Numbered from the stretch's first letter, positions 21,028 to 30,919 are shown. The stretch is DNA of 64,000 nt from an uncultured beta proteobacterium (GCA_963722005.1 CAVRJS010000002.1:37190-101189), one strand, 5' to 3'. Notes: a model not told the origin generated them from the letters alone. Numbers and translations: made by a program.

Positions 21028-22631
21028 GCGGCCTCCACGGATGTGCGTGCGCCGCCGTCAAAGCTGACGCGCCAGTCCTGGCACAACGCCTCGACCTTTT
21101 CGTCCTGCGGCCAGCGGTTGCCGTAGGCGCCGTCCAGCCACACTGATGTCACCGCGGTGGCGACGCGCAGCCTGCCGGCGTCGAGCCGTTGCATGCGCGC
21201 CGCGCGGTTGGCCAGGCGCAGGCAATCCGCTTCGGTGGCACCCCGGGTCAGAAGCAGCCCGTTTTCATTGATCAGGCGCGACACCGTGGCGCGATAGAGC
21301 AGCGCCAGGGCAGCGCGATGCTCGTCCTTGCGCCACAATGCGAGCACGTTGCTGCTGACATCGTCGGGCAGGCTTTCCGGCCTGATGTCGAGGCCGCCGA
21401 TTTCAGTGGCCAGTTCCGGGTTGCGTTGGCCAAACAGCGTCGAGAAATTGCCGCGGAAGCGGTACAGCAGCCATACCACGCCGACGATGGCGAGGGTGAT
21501 CAGCAGCAGCCGCACCACGGCGGCATAGGCTTCCATGTCTGGCGGCGGCGAATTTTTTTTCTTTTCTTCCTTTTCTTTTTCTTCCTTCTTTTTCTCGTTC
21601 GGCTTCGGCTTGCGCACCCAGGTTTCTTCGCAGCGGTAATTGCGCAGATCGTCGTCGCGGTAGAGCTGGTCGACTTCTTCGCGCAGGCGCTTCTGCGTCT
21701 CGTTGCGCGCAGGCGCGCGTTCATTGCCCAGCGTGAGCGACCACTCTGGCTCTTTGCACGCCTCCACGGCAGCACGCGCCGTCTGCGGCTGCATTGCCAC
21801 CAGCAGCACGCAGGCGAGCAGCGCCAGCGCCGCTTTCGCGCCCGGCACGAGCGCGCCGGCGCGCTCCTGCGGCGAGGCCGGCTTGAGCTGGCGCAGCGCG
21901 ATTTCGATATCCCAGGCTTCCAACGTCGCACGCCGGTTCAGGTAGAGCGTAAAGCAGCCGGCGGCATACACCGGGCCGATGATGCCGCCGCACAGCGCAT
22001 AGCAGATATAGGTGACCACGGTCAGCATCGTTTCTTGTTTCTCGCCGAAACTGAACAGGAATTTGAATGGATTGATAGCACCTTCATCCGCAAGAAAGAT
22101 GCCGATAAAAGCTACCGTACCGATCTGTATGACCGCCTCCAGGTGGGCGCAAACGATGCCGTACCAGTATGCCGACCCCGCCGTGCCGGCGGCGCCGATC
22201 ACCCGGCGGCGCTGGGCGGCTTCCCTGCCGCGCGCGCCTTCCAGTTGCCAGATGGGCTGAAACAGGCCGCGGCCCGGCATGAACGGGCGCCACCAAGTCA
22301 GCAGGCGGAACCAGCCGCCGCCGAGCTGGCGCGGCCAGGCGCGCAGCGCTCCCTGCCAGGTTACCTCTTCGCCGAATACCCGGCGCGCGAGAATGTACAG
22401 CGGCGCCCTTTCCAGCAGCGGCCGCAGCCACCACGGCAGCAGCAGCCACCAGGTGGCGCCGTCAGGAAACAGCCACGCCAGGGCCGCCGTCAGCAACATC
22501 AGCGGCAGCCACAGCGCCAGCCAGGCCTTGTAGACGGTGGCGGCATTGGCGCGCAACAGCGCCAGGCCCAGTTCGAGCGCCTGCGCATTCGGTCGCGGCC
22601 GCAAGTCGATCTGCAGTTTGTCCAGCCGCAT
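21024..22631 (-). CDS. DUF4129-like membrane protein with K/E-rich tract
   Basis: About 536 aa starting MRLDKLQIDLRPRPN…. Start overlaps the upstream gene's stop (TGATG). The ORF-track 729-aa call (to 23213) is an artefact: its first 194 codons are an alternate frame across the DUF95 gene. Confidence 0.6.
   Translation of the reverse strand: MRLDKLQIDLRPRPNAQALELGLALLRANAATVYKAWLALWLPLMLLTAALAWLFPDGATWWLLLPWWLRPLLERAPLYILARRVFGEEVTWQGALRAWPRQLGGGWFRLLTWWRPFMPGRGLFQPIWQLEGARGREAAQRRRVIGAAGTAGSAYWYGIVCAHLEAVIQIGTVAFIGIFLADEGAINPFKFLFSFGEKQETMLTVVTYICYALCGGIIGPVYAAGCFTLYLNRRATLEAWDIEIALRQLKPASPQERAGALVPGAKAALALLACVLLVAMQPQTARAAVEACKEPEWSLTLGNERAPARNETQKRLREEVDQLYRDDDLRNYRCEETWVRKPKPNEKKKEEKEKEEKKKNSPPPDMEAYAAVVRLLLITLAIVGVVWLLYRFRGNFSTLFGQRNPELATEIGGLDIRPESLPDDVSSNVLALWRKDEHRAALALLYRATVSRLINENGLLLTRGATEADCLRLANRAARMQRLDAGRLRVATAVTSVWLDGAYGNRWPQDEKVEALCQDWRVSFDGGARTSVEAA
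21553..21596. repeat. 44-nt pure polypyrimidine (T/C) tract on the top strand, polypurine on the coding strand, encoding KKKEEKEKEEKKK
   Basis: Top-strand sequence ttttttttcttttcttccttttctttttcttccttctttttctc lies inside the DUF4129-like CDS. Confidence 0.9.
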
Positions 22632-23581
22632 CAGCCGTCCCTCCTTCCGGCCAGCGCAAAGAAGGCAATCAGCGACGCCCAGCAAATGCCGCCGACGATG
22701 TACTTCACCATCGGCGCGATATCGGGGTCGGCAGACCAGAATGCCTCGAAAAAGGCCGCCAGCACGGTCAGAATGGCAGCGCCGACGAGTACCGGGAACA
22801 TGCGCCTGCCGTCCTCCACCAGCGCCTGGCGACGGGTCAGGCGCCCCGGCGAAAGCAGCGACCAGCCCAGCCGCATGCCGGCCACGCCGGACAGCAGCAG
22901 GCCGAAGACTTCGAAGCTGGCGTGCGTGATCACGAAGGTCCAGAAAGTATCGCGCGTGACCGGATCGCGGCTCAGCCAGCTGGCAACCACGCCGAAATGC
23001 ATGCCGTTGAAGGTGATGCTGATCAGCGCCGGAATGCCGGCAAACAGTCCGCCGGCAAAGGTGCGGAAATCGATCGATACGTTGTTCCAGATGTAAAAGC
23101 CGAACATCAGCACGTCGCTTTCCTCGCTGCCGCGGCCGAGATCGATCTTGCCGGGCTGGTACATGGAATGGTAGCGCTGCAGGTCGCCGGGCGACATGAA
23201 GGCATACGCCCACTCCGGCTCATACCAGACCAGCGCGCCGATGCCCAGGCCGACGCCGAAGAACGCCAATACCGTCAGCAACAGCAGGCGCCATTCGCGC
23301 CGCACCTGGCGCGGCATTTCCACCAGCAGCCAGTGCCGCAAGGTCAGCGGACGCTCGGCAGCAGCGCCATACAGGCGCCTGTGGCAATCGCTCACCATGT
23401 TTTGCAGGTAAGCAGTGAGCGCCGGGGAATAGCCGCGCTGCCCCGCCAGCGCCAGGCACTGGCACAGGCGCCGGTAGAGCGCCGGCAATTCCGTGGCGCC
23501 GTCGCGCGTCGCGCCCTTCAGGATCGCCTGGATCCTGTCCCACAATGGCGCGTACTCGATCTCGAACTGGTTCTGCTTCAT
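22631..23581 (-). CDS. DUF95 / stage II sporulation protein M-like membrane protein
   Basis: 316 aa polytopic membrane protein (MKQNQFEIEYAPLWDRI…). Its position between the RDD and DUF4129-like genes matches the conserved cluster. Overlaps the RDD gene (ATGA). Confidence 0.7.
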   Translation of the reverse strand: MKQNQFEIEYAPLWDRIQAILKGATRDGATELPALYRRLCQCLALAGQRGYSPALTAYLQNMVSDCHRRLYGAAAERPLTLRHWLLVEMPRQVRREWRLLLLTVLAFFGVGLGIGALVWYEPEWAYAFMSPGDLQRYHSMYQPGKIDLGRGSEESDVLMFGFYIWNNVSIDFRTFAGGLFAGIPALISITFNGMHFGVVASWLSRDPVTRDTFWTFVITHASFEVFGLLLSGVAGMRLGWSLLSPGRLTRRQALVEDGRRMFPVLVGAAILTVLAAFFEAFWSADPDIAPMVKYIVGGICWASLIAFFALAGRRDG

Positions 23582-24270
23582 TTCATCAACCCTGCAAGAA
23601 TGCCGCGCAACTGTTCCACGGATGCCGCGCCGGTACGCCCGGTCAATGGCTCAGCCAGCGTGCCCAGCTCTTCCAGGCGCTCGGTCGAGAGCCTGCGCTC
23701 GCGCTCGAACAGGTCGGCGAGGATACGTTGCTGCTCCGGCGTGAGAGGATATGGCGGCGCCAGCGGCGCCACGTCGGCGACGGCAGCGGCGACATTGTCG
23801 CGCTTTTCGCGCTTGTCGCGATAGATCACCTGGGTGCCGGCGACGATATCGCCGAGCCGCCGGCTGCGGCCATCGCACAGCATGGAAACGAGGCCGGCAA
23901 AGTACATGGCCGGGAGAAAATCCGCCACCAGCAACAGGTTGCGCAGGGCCGATTCACGCCAGCCGACCGGCAGGCCGTCCGCGCGCACCACCTCGATGCC
24001 GAGCATGCGTTTGCCGAGCGTGCGGCCGCCGCAATAGACTTCGCACAGGATCGGATAGCCCCAGTAGCTGACGAACAGCATCACCAGATAGATACCCTGG
24101 CCGAGATCGGTGCCCAGCAAGGCCAGCGCCAGTATCCAGATCACCACCAGCCAGATGACGAAATCGATCATCCAGGCTGCCGCGCGCGTGACCGGTCCCA
24201 CCGGCGTCATCAGCAGGCGCACGCCCTCCGGCGTGGTCTGCGAGACGCGCTCGTCGATGACCGCACTCAT
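23578..24270 (-). CDS. RDD family membrane protein
   Basis: About 230 aa from MSAVIDERV…. RDD-like TM core (…AAWMIDFVIWLVVIW…GRTLGKRMLGIEV…). Start overlaps the PLD gene's stop (TGATG). The ORF-track start at 24309 would overlap by 40 nt. Confidence 0.75.
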   Translation of the reverse strand: MSAVIDERVSQTTPEGVRLLMTPVGPVTRAAAWMIDFVIWLVVIWILALALLGTDLGQGIYLVMLFVSYWGYPILCEVYCGGRTLGKRMLGIEVVRADGLPVGWRESALRNLLLVADFLPAMYFAGLVSMLCDGRSRRLGDIVAGTQVIYRDKREKRDNVAAAVADVAPLAPPYPLTPEQQRILADLFERERRLSTERLEELGTLAEPLTGRTGAASVEQLRGILAGLMK

Positions 24271-24992
24271 CACGCGCTCCTTGCGGACGGTTCGTAAAAT
24301 GCGCTCCACAGCAGCGCAAACTGCGCGGAAAAAGCGCTCACCAGCGCTGCATCGTTGGTCATGATCACGTTCTCTTCATTGTGTTCGCTGGCGCTGCGCG
24401 TCCAGTTGTAACTGCCGTTGATCAGCCACTGGCTGTCGAACAGGGCAAATTTGTGGTGCATGTGCGCCGGACTGCGATCCACCGCCACGGGCACGCCGGC
24501 ATGCCGCAGCCTGTCGATGTCGCTGCCGGCGTCGAATTCCTTGTCATTGTCGGTCAGCAGACGCACCTTGACGCCACGCCGGTGCGCCGCCAGCACATCC
24601 TCGCTGATGCGGTCGTCGGACAGCGTGAAGACGCAGATGTCGATGCTGTCGCGTGCGGCGCGCAGGCGCTGCTGGATCGCGCGCAGGCAAGACAGACCCG
24701 GACTGAAAAAAGCCTCATTGCGCAGGGCCGCCACCGGCGCGCGTACGGCGTCGAGCGCGCGCGCCACGCCGTCCAGCCATTTCAGCAGCGATTGCTGCTC
24801 CGCGCCGTCCAGGCGCGCGCGCACCAGGTCGAAGGCGCGGTTGCGCACCTGACGCAAGCCTTCCTCGGGCGTCGCGGCGGCGCGCAGCAGCGTCATCAGC
24901 TCGCGCCTTTCGTCATCGCTCAGGCGCGCATCGGCAATGCTGGCTTCCAGGTGCGCCAGCACGTCGTCGATGGAAACCGCTGCCGTGCTCAT
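24270..24992 (-). CDS. phospholipase D-like (HKD) domain protein
   Basis: 240 aa with a single HKD motif (…HMHHKFALFDSQWLINGSYNWTRSA…), as in Nuc/PLD-superfamily enzymes that act as dimers. Confidence 0.8.
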   Translation of the reverse strand: MSTAAVSIDDVLAHLEASIADARLSDDERRELMTLLRAAATPEEGLRQVRNRAFDLVRARLDGAEQQSLLKWLDGVARALDAVRAPVAALRNEAFFSPGLSCLRAIQQRLRAARDSIDICVFTLSDDRISEDVLAAHRRGVKVRLLTDNDKEFDAGSDIDRLRHAGVPVAVDRSPAHMHHKFALFDSQWLINGSYNWTRSASEHNEENVIMTNDAALVSAFSAQFALLWSAFYEPSARSA

Positions 24993-25019
24993 GCGCGCGG
25001 GCGGCAGGCGCGCCGGGCG

Positions 25020-28000
25020 CTATTTACCGTCATCATGTTTGTCATCCTGTTTTCTGGCATGGGGCCTGGAGGCGAGCGGCTTTTGTTCTGCGGCCGGTTC
25101 CATCAGCGGCTTCAGGCGCCCCAGCCGTTTCTCCAGTTCTTTCATGTTGGCCGACATTTCGCGCACGCCATCCCAGATGCTGTGATCCAGCCGCATCTTG
25201 TGGTTCATGGCGTTCACCATCGGCATCAGGGTTTTCTCATAGCTGTCCGTCAGGCGGGTCAGCAAGCCCTGCAGCGCCTTCTGCTCCGGCACCTTGACGT
25301 TCACCTCGGGCTGCAGGCGCTGGCCGAGCGCGGCGATCTGCTGGCTGACGTCGCCCAGCAGGTTGGCGATCTTCGTGGCGCCATCGGCATCGGCGCCGCC
25401 CTGCTTGCGCAGGCGCACGAAATCCTGACGCAGCGCCTGCCAGCGCGCCTGCTCGTCCGCCGCCGGCTGACCCAGCAGGTGCGCCAGCTTGAGCAGGTTT
25501 TCCTCGGCGCCGCTGGTCAGCGTCTGCGCCTCGCCGCGATAGTGGTCGCGCAGCAGACTGTCGATTTCGTCGTCGCGCATGATGGCCGATATCTTCGGCG
25601 CCAGCTTGCTCATGTTGCGGTAACTGCCTTGCAGCCGGAACGGCGGCTCGTCACGGTAGGCGTCATCCTGCGCCGCCGAGGCGATATAGGCCAGGTTCAC
25701 TTTCAGCAGCGCGTCGCGCACCTTGAACAGGCGCTGCAGCACGCCGCGGATCTCGGCGACTTCCTGGGCGCTGTAGGCATGCTTAAGCTCGCTGGCCGGC
25801 AGCGGTTCGCCGGCGGCCATGCGCAGCAGCGTGTAAATATCCTGCGGGTCGCGTGCCGCCAGCGGCTGCAGCACCGGATGCGAAGTCAGCGAGTTCTCGA
25901 TATAAGACATCGCGAAGGCTTCTTCGCGCCCCGACAGCACGTCGCCAAGGTTATAGATATCGGCGCGGTTGGCCAGCATGTCGGGGATCTTGAAGACGTC
26001 GCCCGATTCGGTGTACGGGTTGCCGGCCATGACGACCGCGAAGCGCTTGCCGCGCATGTCGTAGCTGCGCGCCTCGCCGCGCCAGACGCCTTCGACGCGA
26101 CGCGTGCCGTCGGCCAGCGAAATGAATTTCTGCAGGAACTCCGGATGCGTGTGCTGGATATCGTCGAGGTACAGCATGACGTTGTTACCCATCGCCAAGC
26201 CAAGATTGAGCTTTTCCAGCTCGACGCGCGCCGCGCTGTTGGCGGCCTGCGCCGGGTCCAGCGAAGTCACGCCATGCCCCAGCACAGGGCAATTGACGCG
26301 CACGAAGATCATGCCCAGGCGGTCTGCAAGGTATTCCATCAGGGTGGTCTTGCCATAGCCCGGCGGCGAAATCAGCAGCAGCATGCCCATCGAATCGGTG
26401 CGGCGCTGTTCGCCGGCGGCGCCGATCTGCTTGGCCAGGTTGTCGCCCACCAGCGGTAGGTAAACCTCGTCGAGCAGGCGGTTGCGCACAAAGGAAGACA
26501 GCGGCTTGGCCTGGAACTGTTCCAGCCGCAGACGCGCCTTCTCTTCCTGCCCCAGGGCCTGGCGCAGCTGCTGCAGGCGCTCGTACGCCGGCACGGTCAC
26601 CTGGACGTGATGCTGCAGGCGGCGCGTGAAATCGTTCAGCTGCAATTCGCTTGCCTGGTCGACGATGCGCGGGTGCTCACCCAGCAAACCGTCCACCCTG
26701 ACGCGCAGATCGGCCGCCTGCAGCCGGCGCGGCAGCGCGCACAGCAGGCCGGCGGCAGCTTCCGGCAACAGGCCGGCATCGAGTTCGCGATTGGCGATAT
26801 AGGCGTGCAGCCATTCGCGCGCCAGCTGCCAGCGCTCGCGCCACGACAGCGTGTCGTCCTTCCATGGCAGCGCAATATTGTTGCGTGCCAGGTGCTGCAG
26901 CAAGCCCTGCGCGATCTCGTCAGCGCCGCGACTCTGCACCCATTCGTGGGCCGCGGCGCGCGGCGCCGCCTCCGCTGCGCCGCCGAGCTCCTCCAGCAGA
27001 TAGGCGGCCGCCTGTTGTTGCAGCAGCTCCGCCGATTCGCTGTTGGCATCCAGCAGTTCGACAATGTCGATCTGCTGCTGCGCCAGAAATTTCTGCAGCG
27101 CCAGCTGCAGCTGCGCGACCAGCTGCAGCCACAGCCGCTCGCTGCCGAACTGGCGCCGCATCAGGCCGGCCTGCTCGGCCTGGTGGCGCAGGGTTTGCGC
27201 AGCCAGTTGCAGGCTGGGCGTGGCGGACAGGTCTTGCCAGTACAGCAGCGCGACGGCGCGCGGCAGCGGCGCGAAGCGCAGCAGGCCGGCGCCATCCCAC
27301 AGCGGCGCCAGCTTGCGCAGGATGCGCGCGGCGTCGTGGTCGTGGATGCCCTTCTGGTAGCCTTCGTGGTAGCGCGGCGCGGCAAAGCGGCGCACCTTGT
27401 CTTCAAGCGCACCGTCTTCCTGGCGCGCCGCCTGCAGCAGCGCGTCCAGGCTCCACTCGTCAGTGCCGGCCTGTGCCGCCAGCAGGATTTGCCAGGCAAG
27501 GTACTCGCCGCGATACACCTGGCGGTTTTCCGCCGGCCCTTCCTGGCCCCAGTATTCCTGTAACTCGGCCAGGCGGGGATCGTCCAGCGCGGCGAAATAA
27601 TCGGTGCCGGTGAGATGAAAAGCCAGCTTCTCGCGATGCGGCACGATGGTCAGATCGAGCGTCTGCTGGCTGATGGTGAAGGCATGCCGCCCAAGGCGGA
27701 TGGTATTGCCGCTGACCAGTTCGGTGCGGTCGCGCAGGGCGCGCTGGCCCTGCTCGCGCAGACTTTTTAGCTGGCCGGCAAGGTCGTCAGCGGCGACATG
27801 GTTGCCGATCTTGCGCAACTCCTCGATGCTGCCCTTGAGCTTGCCGAGCAGCGCGTCCGAAGCGAAGTAAGCTTCCAGCTGCGCGGCTTCGCGCAGCTGC
27901 GCCAGCCGCTTTGGCACGCCGGCGAGGATGCGCCGGGCCGCGTCGGCGATGGCCTGCGCGCGCCTTGCGCGCGCATCCAGCAGCGCCTGCTTGCGGGTTT

Positions 28001-30395
28001 CCATGGCTTCGTACACGGCTTCGCGCTTTTGCGCGATCTCGGCGATGTAATCTTCCTGTTCGGCGAAGCGTCCTTCCAGTTCTTCCAGCTGCGCCAGCAG
28101 CCGCGTCAGCAGTTCGTCGCAGCGCTCCGGCGTTTCGGCCTGCTCCAGCGCGCTTTCCACGCCCTGCGCAAACAGCTTGAACTGGGCGGCAAACTCGGCC
28201 GCGGACTCTCCCTGCGACAGCTGCTTCTTGCGCTGGCGCGCTTCGGCACGCAGCTTGTTGACATCGCCATAGATGGCGGAGATGGCATCGAGAATGCGCG
28301 TGCGCAGGGTGGGGTCGCCCACCGACAGCGTGCCGAGCAATTCGTTGAGGCCGTCGAGGCTGCGCGCGGTGCGGTCCAGCTCCTCGTGCAGCGGCGCCAG
28401 TTGCGCCGTGGTCTGCATGGCGGGCAACTCGGCGCGCTGGCGCGCCAGCGCCTCGTTAATGCGCACGAACGCGTCATCCTGCGAGAGGAACTGCACGGTA
28501 CGCTCGGATACGCGCGCCTCTTCCTCGCCAAGCTGGCCGTCGAGCTGGGCCAGCCGCGCCACGTCCATGTAGCGCTGTTCCTTCAGGCTGGCCAGGCGAC
28601 CGCGCGCCAGGCGCAGCTTTTCCAGGGCTTCGATGAAGTCGGTCGGCAGCTGCCACATGCGACTGGCAGTCTCGGTCAGCAGCTGGCGCTGCGCCAGTTC
28701 GGTCTGCTGCAGCGTGCGCTGCGCTTCCTGGCGGATGGCGGCGACCTTGTCGAATTCGTCGAGCGTGGCGCCGGCCACCTCGATCAGGCCGCGCACTGCG
28801 GCCGCAGCCTGCTGCGCCTCGGGCGCCTCCAGCCAGGGATAGGCATCGACGACCCGGCGGCATTGCCGTACCAGGGTTTCATAGACAAAGCGCGTCGGCA
28901 GGCTGTCGCGGCCGCCCTCGCCCTGTTCGCGCACCAGCCGCGCCACCGAGTACAGTTCGGACAAGCCGCGCACCAGTTCGCGGTTGCCGATCTTGCCGAA
29001 GAAAGTCTGGCGCGGCGCCTGGCGCGCGGCATGCTCGTCGCTGAGGAACGGCGTCTGCCACAGCTGCATCGGATGGTTGCGGGTCGGCTCGTCGCTTTCC
29101 ACCGCGAACAGCAGCGCGCGGCCGTCGCCGTAGCGGGCGAATCCGTGCGTCAGCAACGGCTTGGAGAGCGTCTTGTCGATCAGGTTGTAGGTCAGCAGCG
29201 CATAGATGCCGGACTCGACGTTGTAAAACACGTACAGCACGTCCTCGCCGTTCGGCGCCAGCAGGCGGCGCTTGAATTGCAGGCCCTGCGGCATGTCGTC
29301 GAACAGCTTGGCGTCGCCGTTTTGCAGCACGTAGCCGCCCGGGAAGACGATGCCGTGGTCTTCCGGCAGCTGCACGCAGGACGCGCCGATGGCATCGATG
29401 CGCCGCACTTCGCTGTTGCGGCGGTTGTACACCAGGTAGCGGACGGTCGTCTCGCGGTAAGGCTTGATGCGCAGCAGGATCAGCTCGCCGACGGCGGCGT
29501 AGGCGATTTCGGCGTCGTTCAGCGACTGGTTGCGGTCTTCCACCGGCTCGGTGTAGATGCCCAGCCCGGATTCGGTGTTGTCCTCGACCTTGATGGTCAG
29601 GTCGCCGCCGATGGTTTCGACGAACAGGGTATCGAGCACGTTGACATGCGGATGCTTGCCCAGCACGTGCTGGTCGCGCGTGGCGACCGTCCATTCGAAG
29701 TCGTGCGCGGGCGGCAGCGCAATGTCGCGTTCGCCGCGGTTGTCGATGTAACTGACTTCGCCCGATTCGCGCAGCTGCCAGCGGAACACGCGCACGTCGC
29801 TGATGCGTTCGCCGATCTTGAACGCCGCCAGCAGCTTGCCCTGGGTGACGCGCAGCTGCACCAGCTGCGCGTTGCGGTAATAGTTGTAAAGCTCGCGGAA
29901 TTCGGCGATGAAGCGGGCGTCGTCGAGGAAGGTGTTTTCCAGCGGCAGCGCTTCCAGCTCGTCGTGGCCGTCGCCGGCGCGCAGGCGATACAGGCCGAAG
30001 ACGTCGCCCACGCGCGTTTCCTGGCGCAAGCCGATGAAGACGTTGTAACCGAACACCAGGGTGTCGCCGACCAGAACCAGGTCGCGCGCCACGCAATTGT
30101 TTTCGGTGCGCGCACGCGTGCGCGCCAGCAGGGTCAGCTCTTCGCGGCCGAATTCGTCCAGGCGGGCTTGATTGACGCGCCCGGCCTTGTCCAGCAATTC
30201 CTTGCCCTGTTCCGCCAGGCGCCGGCGCAGCAGGTCGAAACTGCTGGAGCCGGCGACTGCCTGCGCAACGGCGGTGTCGCCTGCGTCCGGCTGGCCGGTT
30301 ACGGTATTTGCTACGCTGTTCGCTTCACTCATTGACTGGTTTTCCGCTCGGATATTGGACGTGAGACGATGCGCTTCAATCCGTCCGGGCGGCAA
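25020..30395 (-). CDS. 1791-aa protein: N-terminal globular domain, about 600-aa coiled coil, C-terminal MoxR-like AAA+ ATPase
   Basis: Single uninterrupted frame. C-terminal Walker A LLISPPGYGKTTLMEYL, Walker B VMLYLDDIQH, and VVMAGNPYTESGD sensor region (MoxR/AAA_5-like). Central heptad-like L/Q/E/A/R-rich coiled coil. The ORF-track start is an alternative codon. An ATG at 30332 (MSEANSV…) is the likelier start. Confidence 0.8.
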   Translation of the reverse strand: MPPGRIEAHRLTSNIRAENQSMSEANSVANTVTGQPDAGDTAVAQAVAGSSSFDLLRRRLAEQGKELLDKAGRVNQARLDEFGREELTLLARTRARTENNCVARDLVLVGDTLVFGYNVFIGLRQETRVGDVFGLYRLRAGDGHDELEALPLENTFLDDARFIAEFRELYNYYRNAQLVQLRVTQGKLLAAFKIGERISDVRVFRWQLRESGEVSYIDNRGERDIALPPAHDFEWTVATRDQHVLGKHPHVNVLDTLFVETIGGDLTIKVEDNTESGLGIYTEPVEDRNQSLNDAEIAYAAVGELILLRIKPYRETTVRYLVYNRRNSEVRRIDAIGASCVQLPEDHGIVFPGGYVLQNGDAKLFDDMPQGLQFKRRLLAPNGEDVLYVFYNVESGIYALLTYNLIDKTLSKPLLTHGFARYGDGRALLFAVESDEPTRNHPMQLWQTPFLSDEHAARQAPRQTFFGKIGNRELVRGLSELYSVARLVREQGEGGRDSLPTRFVYETLVRQCRRVVDAYPWLEAPEAQQAAAAVRGLIEVAGATLDEFDKVAAIRQEAQRTLQQTELAQRQLLTETASRMWQLPTDFIEALEKLRLARGRLASLKEQRYMDVARLAQLDGQLGEEEARVSERTVQFLSQDDAFVRINEALARQRAELPAMQTTAQLAPLHEELDRTARSLDGLNELLGTLSVGDPTLRTRILDAISAIYGDVNKLRAEARQRKKQLSQGESAAEFAAQFKLFAQGVESALEQAETPERCDELLTRLLAQLEELEGRFAEQEDYIAEIAQKREAVYEAMETRKQALLDARARRAQAIADAARRILAGVPKRLAQLREAAQLEAYFASDALLGKLKGSIEELRKIGNHVAADDLAGQLKSLREQGQRALRDRTELVSGNTIRLGRHAFTISQQTLDLTIVPHREKLAFHLTGTDYFAALDDPRLAELQEYWGQEGPAENRQVYRGEYLAWQILLAAQAGTDEWSLDALLQAARQEDGALEDKVRRFAAPRYHEGYQKGIHDHDAARILRKLAPLWDGAGLLRFAPLPRAVALLYWQDLSATPSLQLAAQTLRHQAEQAGLMRRQFGSERLWLQLVAQLQLALQKFLAQQQIDIVELLDANSESAELLQQQAAAYLLEELGGAAEAAPRAAAHEWVQSRGADEIAQGLLQHLARNNIALPWKDDTLSWRERWQLAREWLHAYIANRELDAGLLPEAAAGLLCALPRRLQAADLRVRVDGLLGEHPRIVDQASELQLNDFTRRLQHHVQVTVPAYERLQQLRQALGQEEKARLRLEQFQAKPLSSFVRNRLLDEVYLPLVGDNLAKQIGAAGEQRRTDSMGMLLLISPPGYGKTTLMEYLADRLGMIFVRVNCPVLGHGVTSLDPAQAANSAARVELEKLNLGLAMGNNVMLYLDDIQHTHPEFLQKFISLADGTRRVEGVWRGEARSYDMRGKRFAVVMAGNPYTESGDVFKIPDMLANRADIYNLGDVLSGREEAFAMSYIENSLTSHPVLQPLAARDPQDIYTLLRMAAGEPLPASELKHAYSAQEVAEIRGVLQRLFKVRDALLKVNLAYIASAAQDDAYRDEPPFRLQGSYRNMSKLAPKISAIMRDDEIDSLLRDHYRGEAQTLTSGAEENLLKLAHLLGQPAADEQARWQALRQDFVRLRKQGGADADGATKIANLLGDVSQQIAALGQRLQPEVNVKVPEQKALQGLLTRLTDSYEKTLMPMVNAMNHKMRLDHSIWDGVREMSANMKELEKRLGRLKPLMEPAAEQKPLASRPHARKQDDKHDDGK

Positions 30396-30404
30396 GGAAA
30401 GCGA

Positions 30405-30905
30405 TCATTTCCGCAGCATTGGGCCGATCCTGGAGCCACTGCCTGATGCGCTGCAATTCATCGAAATCGTCGCCAAAGCGGCCGCGCTGGGCCGCGCTAC
30501 GCGTGCGCGCGACGCCGCCGTCTGCAGGTTGCGCTGCCAGCGCTCCGACACCACGTCATCCAGCTGACGTTCCAGGCCCAGCGACAGCAGCACTTCCCAT
30601 TCGCCTTGGTCGAGCCAGACTCCCTGGGCCGGCGCACTGTAGTCGAGCCGGAACGGTGTCTCGTTGGTGACCTTTACGCGCATCATCAGGCGCCCGGTCT
30701 TCGGACAAAGCCGCGCCATGTCGCCGTCATCCTCTATTTCTGCAGCATGCAACGGCTCCGGCGACTCGACCACCAGGTGGCGCCAGGCGCGGTAGATATC
30801 GAGATCGACCCAGATGCCGTGGCAAGCCGTGCAGCTCAACACCGGCAAATCGCCGTGCACCAGTACCTGGTTAAATTCCCTTGCAGCGCAAGCAGGACAA
30901 CGCAT
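30405..30905 (-). CDS. zinc-ribbon domain protein
   Basis: 166 aa. N-terminal CPAC…(16)…CTAC four-cysteine zinc ribbon and a second CPKTG half-site. Lies between the flotillin and giant ATPase genes. Confidence 0.6.
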   Translation of the reverse strand: MRCPACAAREFNQVLVHGDLPVLSCTACHGIWVDLDIYRAWRHLVVESPEPLHAAEIEDDGDMARLCPKTGRLMMRVKVTNETPFRLDYSAPAQGVWLDQGEWEVLLSLGLERQLDDVVSERWQRNLQTAASRARVARPSAAALATISMNCSASGSGSRIGPMLRK

Positions 30906-30919
30906 CGGTGCGCCCTTTC

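Noticed and set aside
21553-21596. Polypyrimidine tract as a possible intergenic promoter or CRISPR leader
   Set aside because: It lies inside an uninterrupted coding frame and encodes a K/E linker, so it is coding low complexity rather than regulatory.
21189-23096. 635-aa plus-strand ORF antisense to the DUF4129-like and DUF95 genes
   Set aside because: Arg/Gln/Pro-rich composition and no start context. Explained by GC3 bias of the minus-strand genes.
21024-23213. 729-aa ORF called as one protein
   Set aside because: Its first 194 codons are the alternate frame across the DUF95 gene (22631..23581), with Arg/His-rich GC-frame-artefact composition. The real gene starts at the internal Met (MRLDKL…), whose ATG overlaps the upstream gene's stop in TGATG.
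24381-30335. Long plus-strand ORFs (692 aa at 24381..26459; 845 aa at 27798..30335; 318 aa at 26607..27563) antisense to the giant ATPase gene
   Set aside because: Typical high-GC antisense open frames: Arg/Ala/Gly/Gln-rich with no motifs. The sense strand has clear Walker motifs and coiled-coil periodicity.
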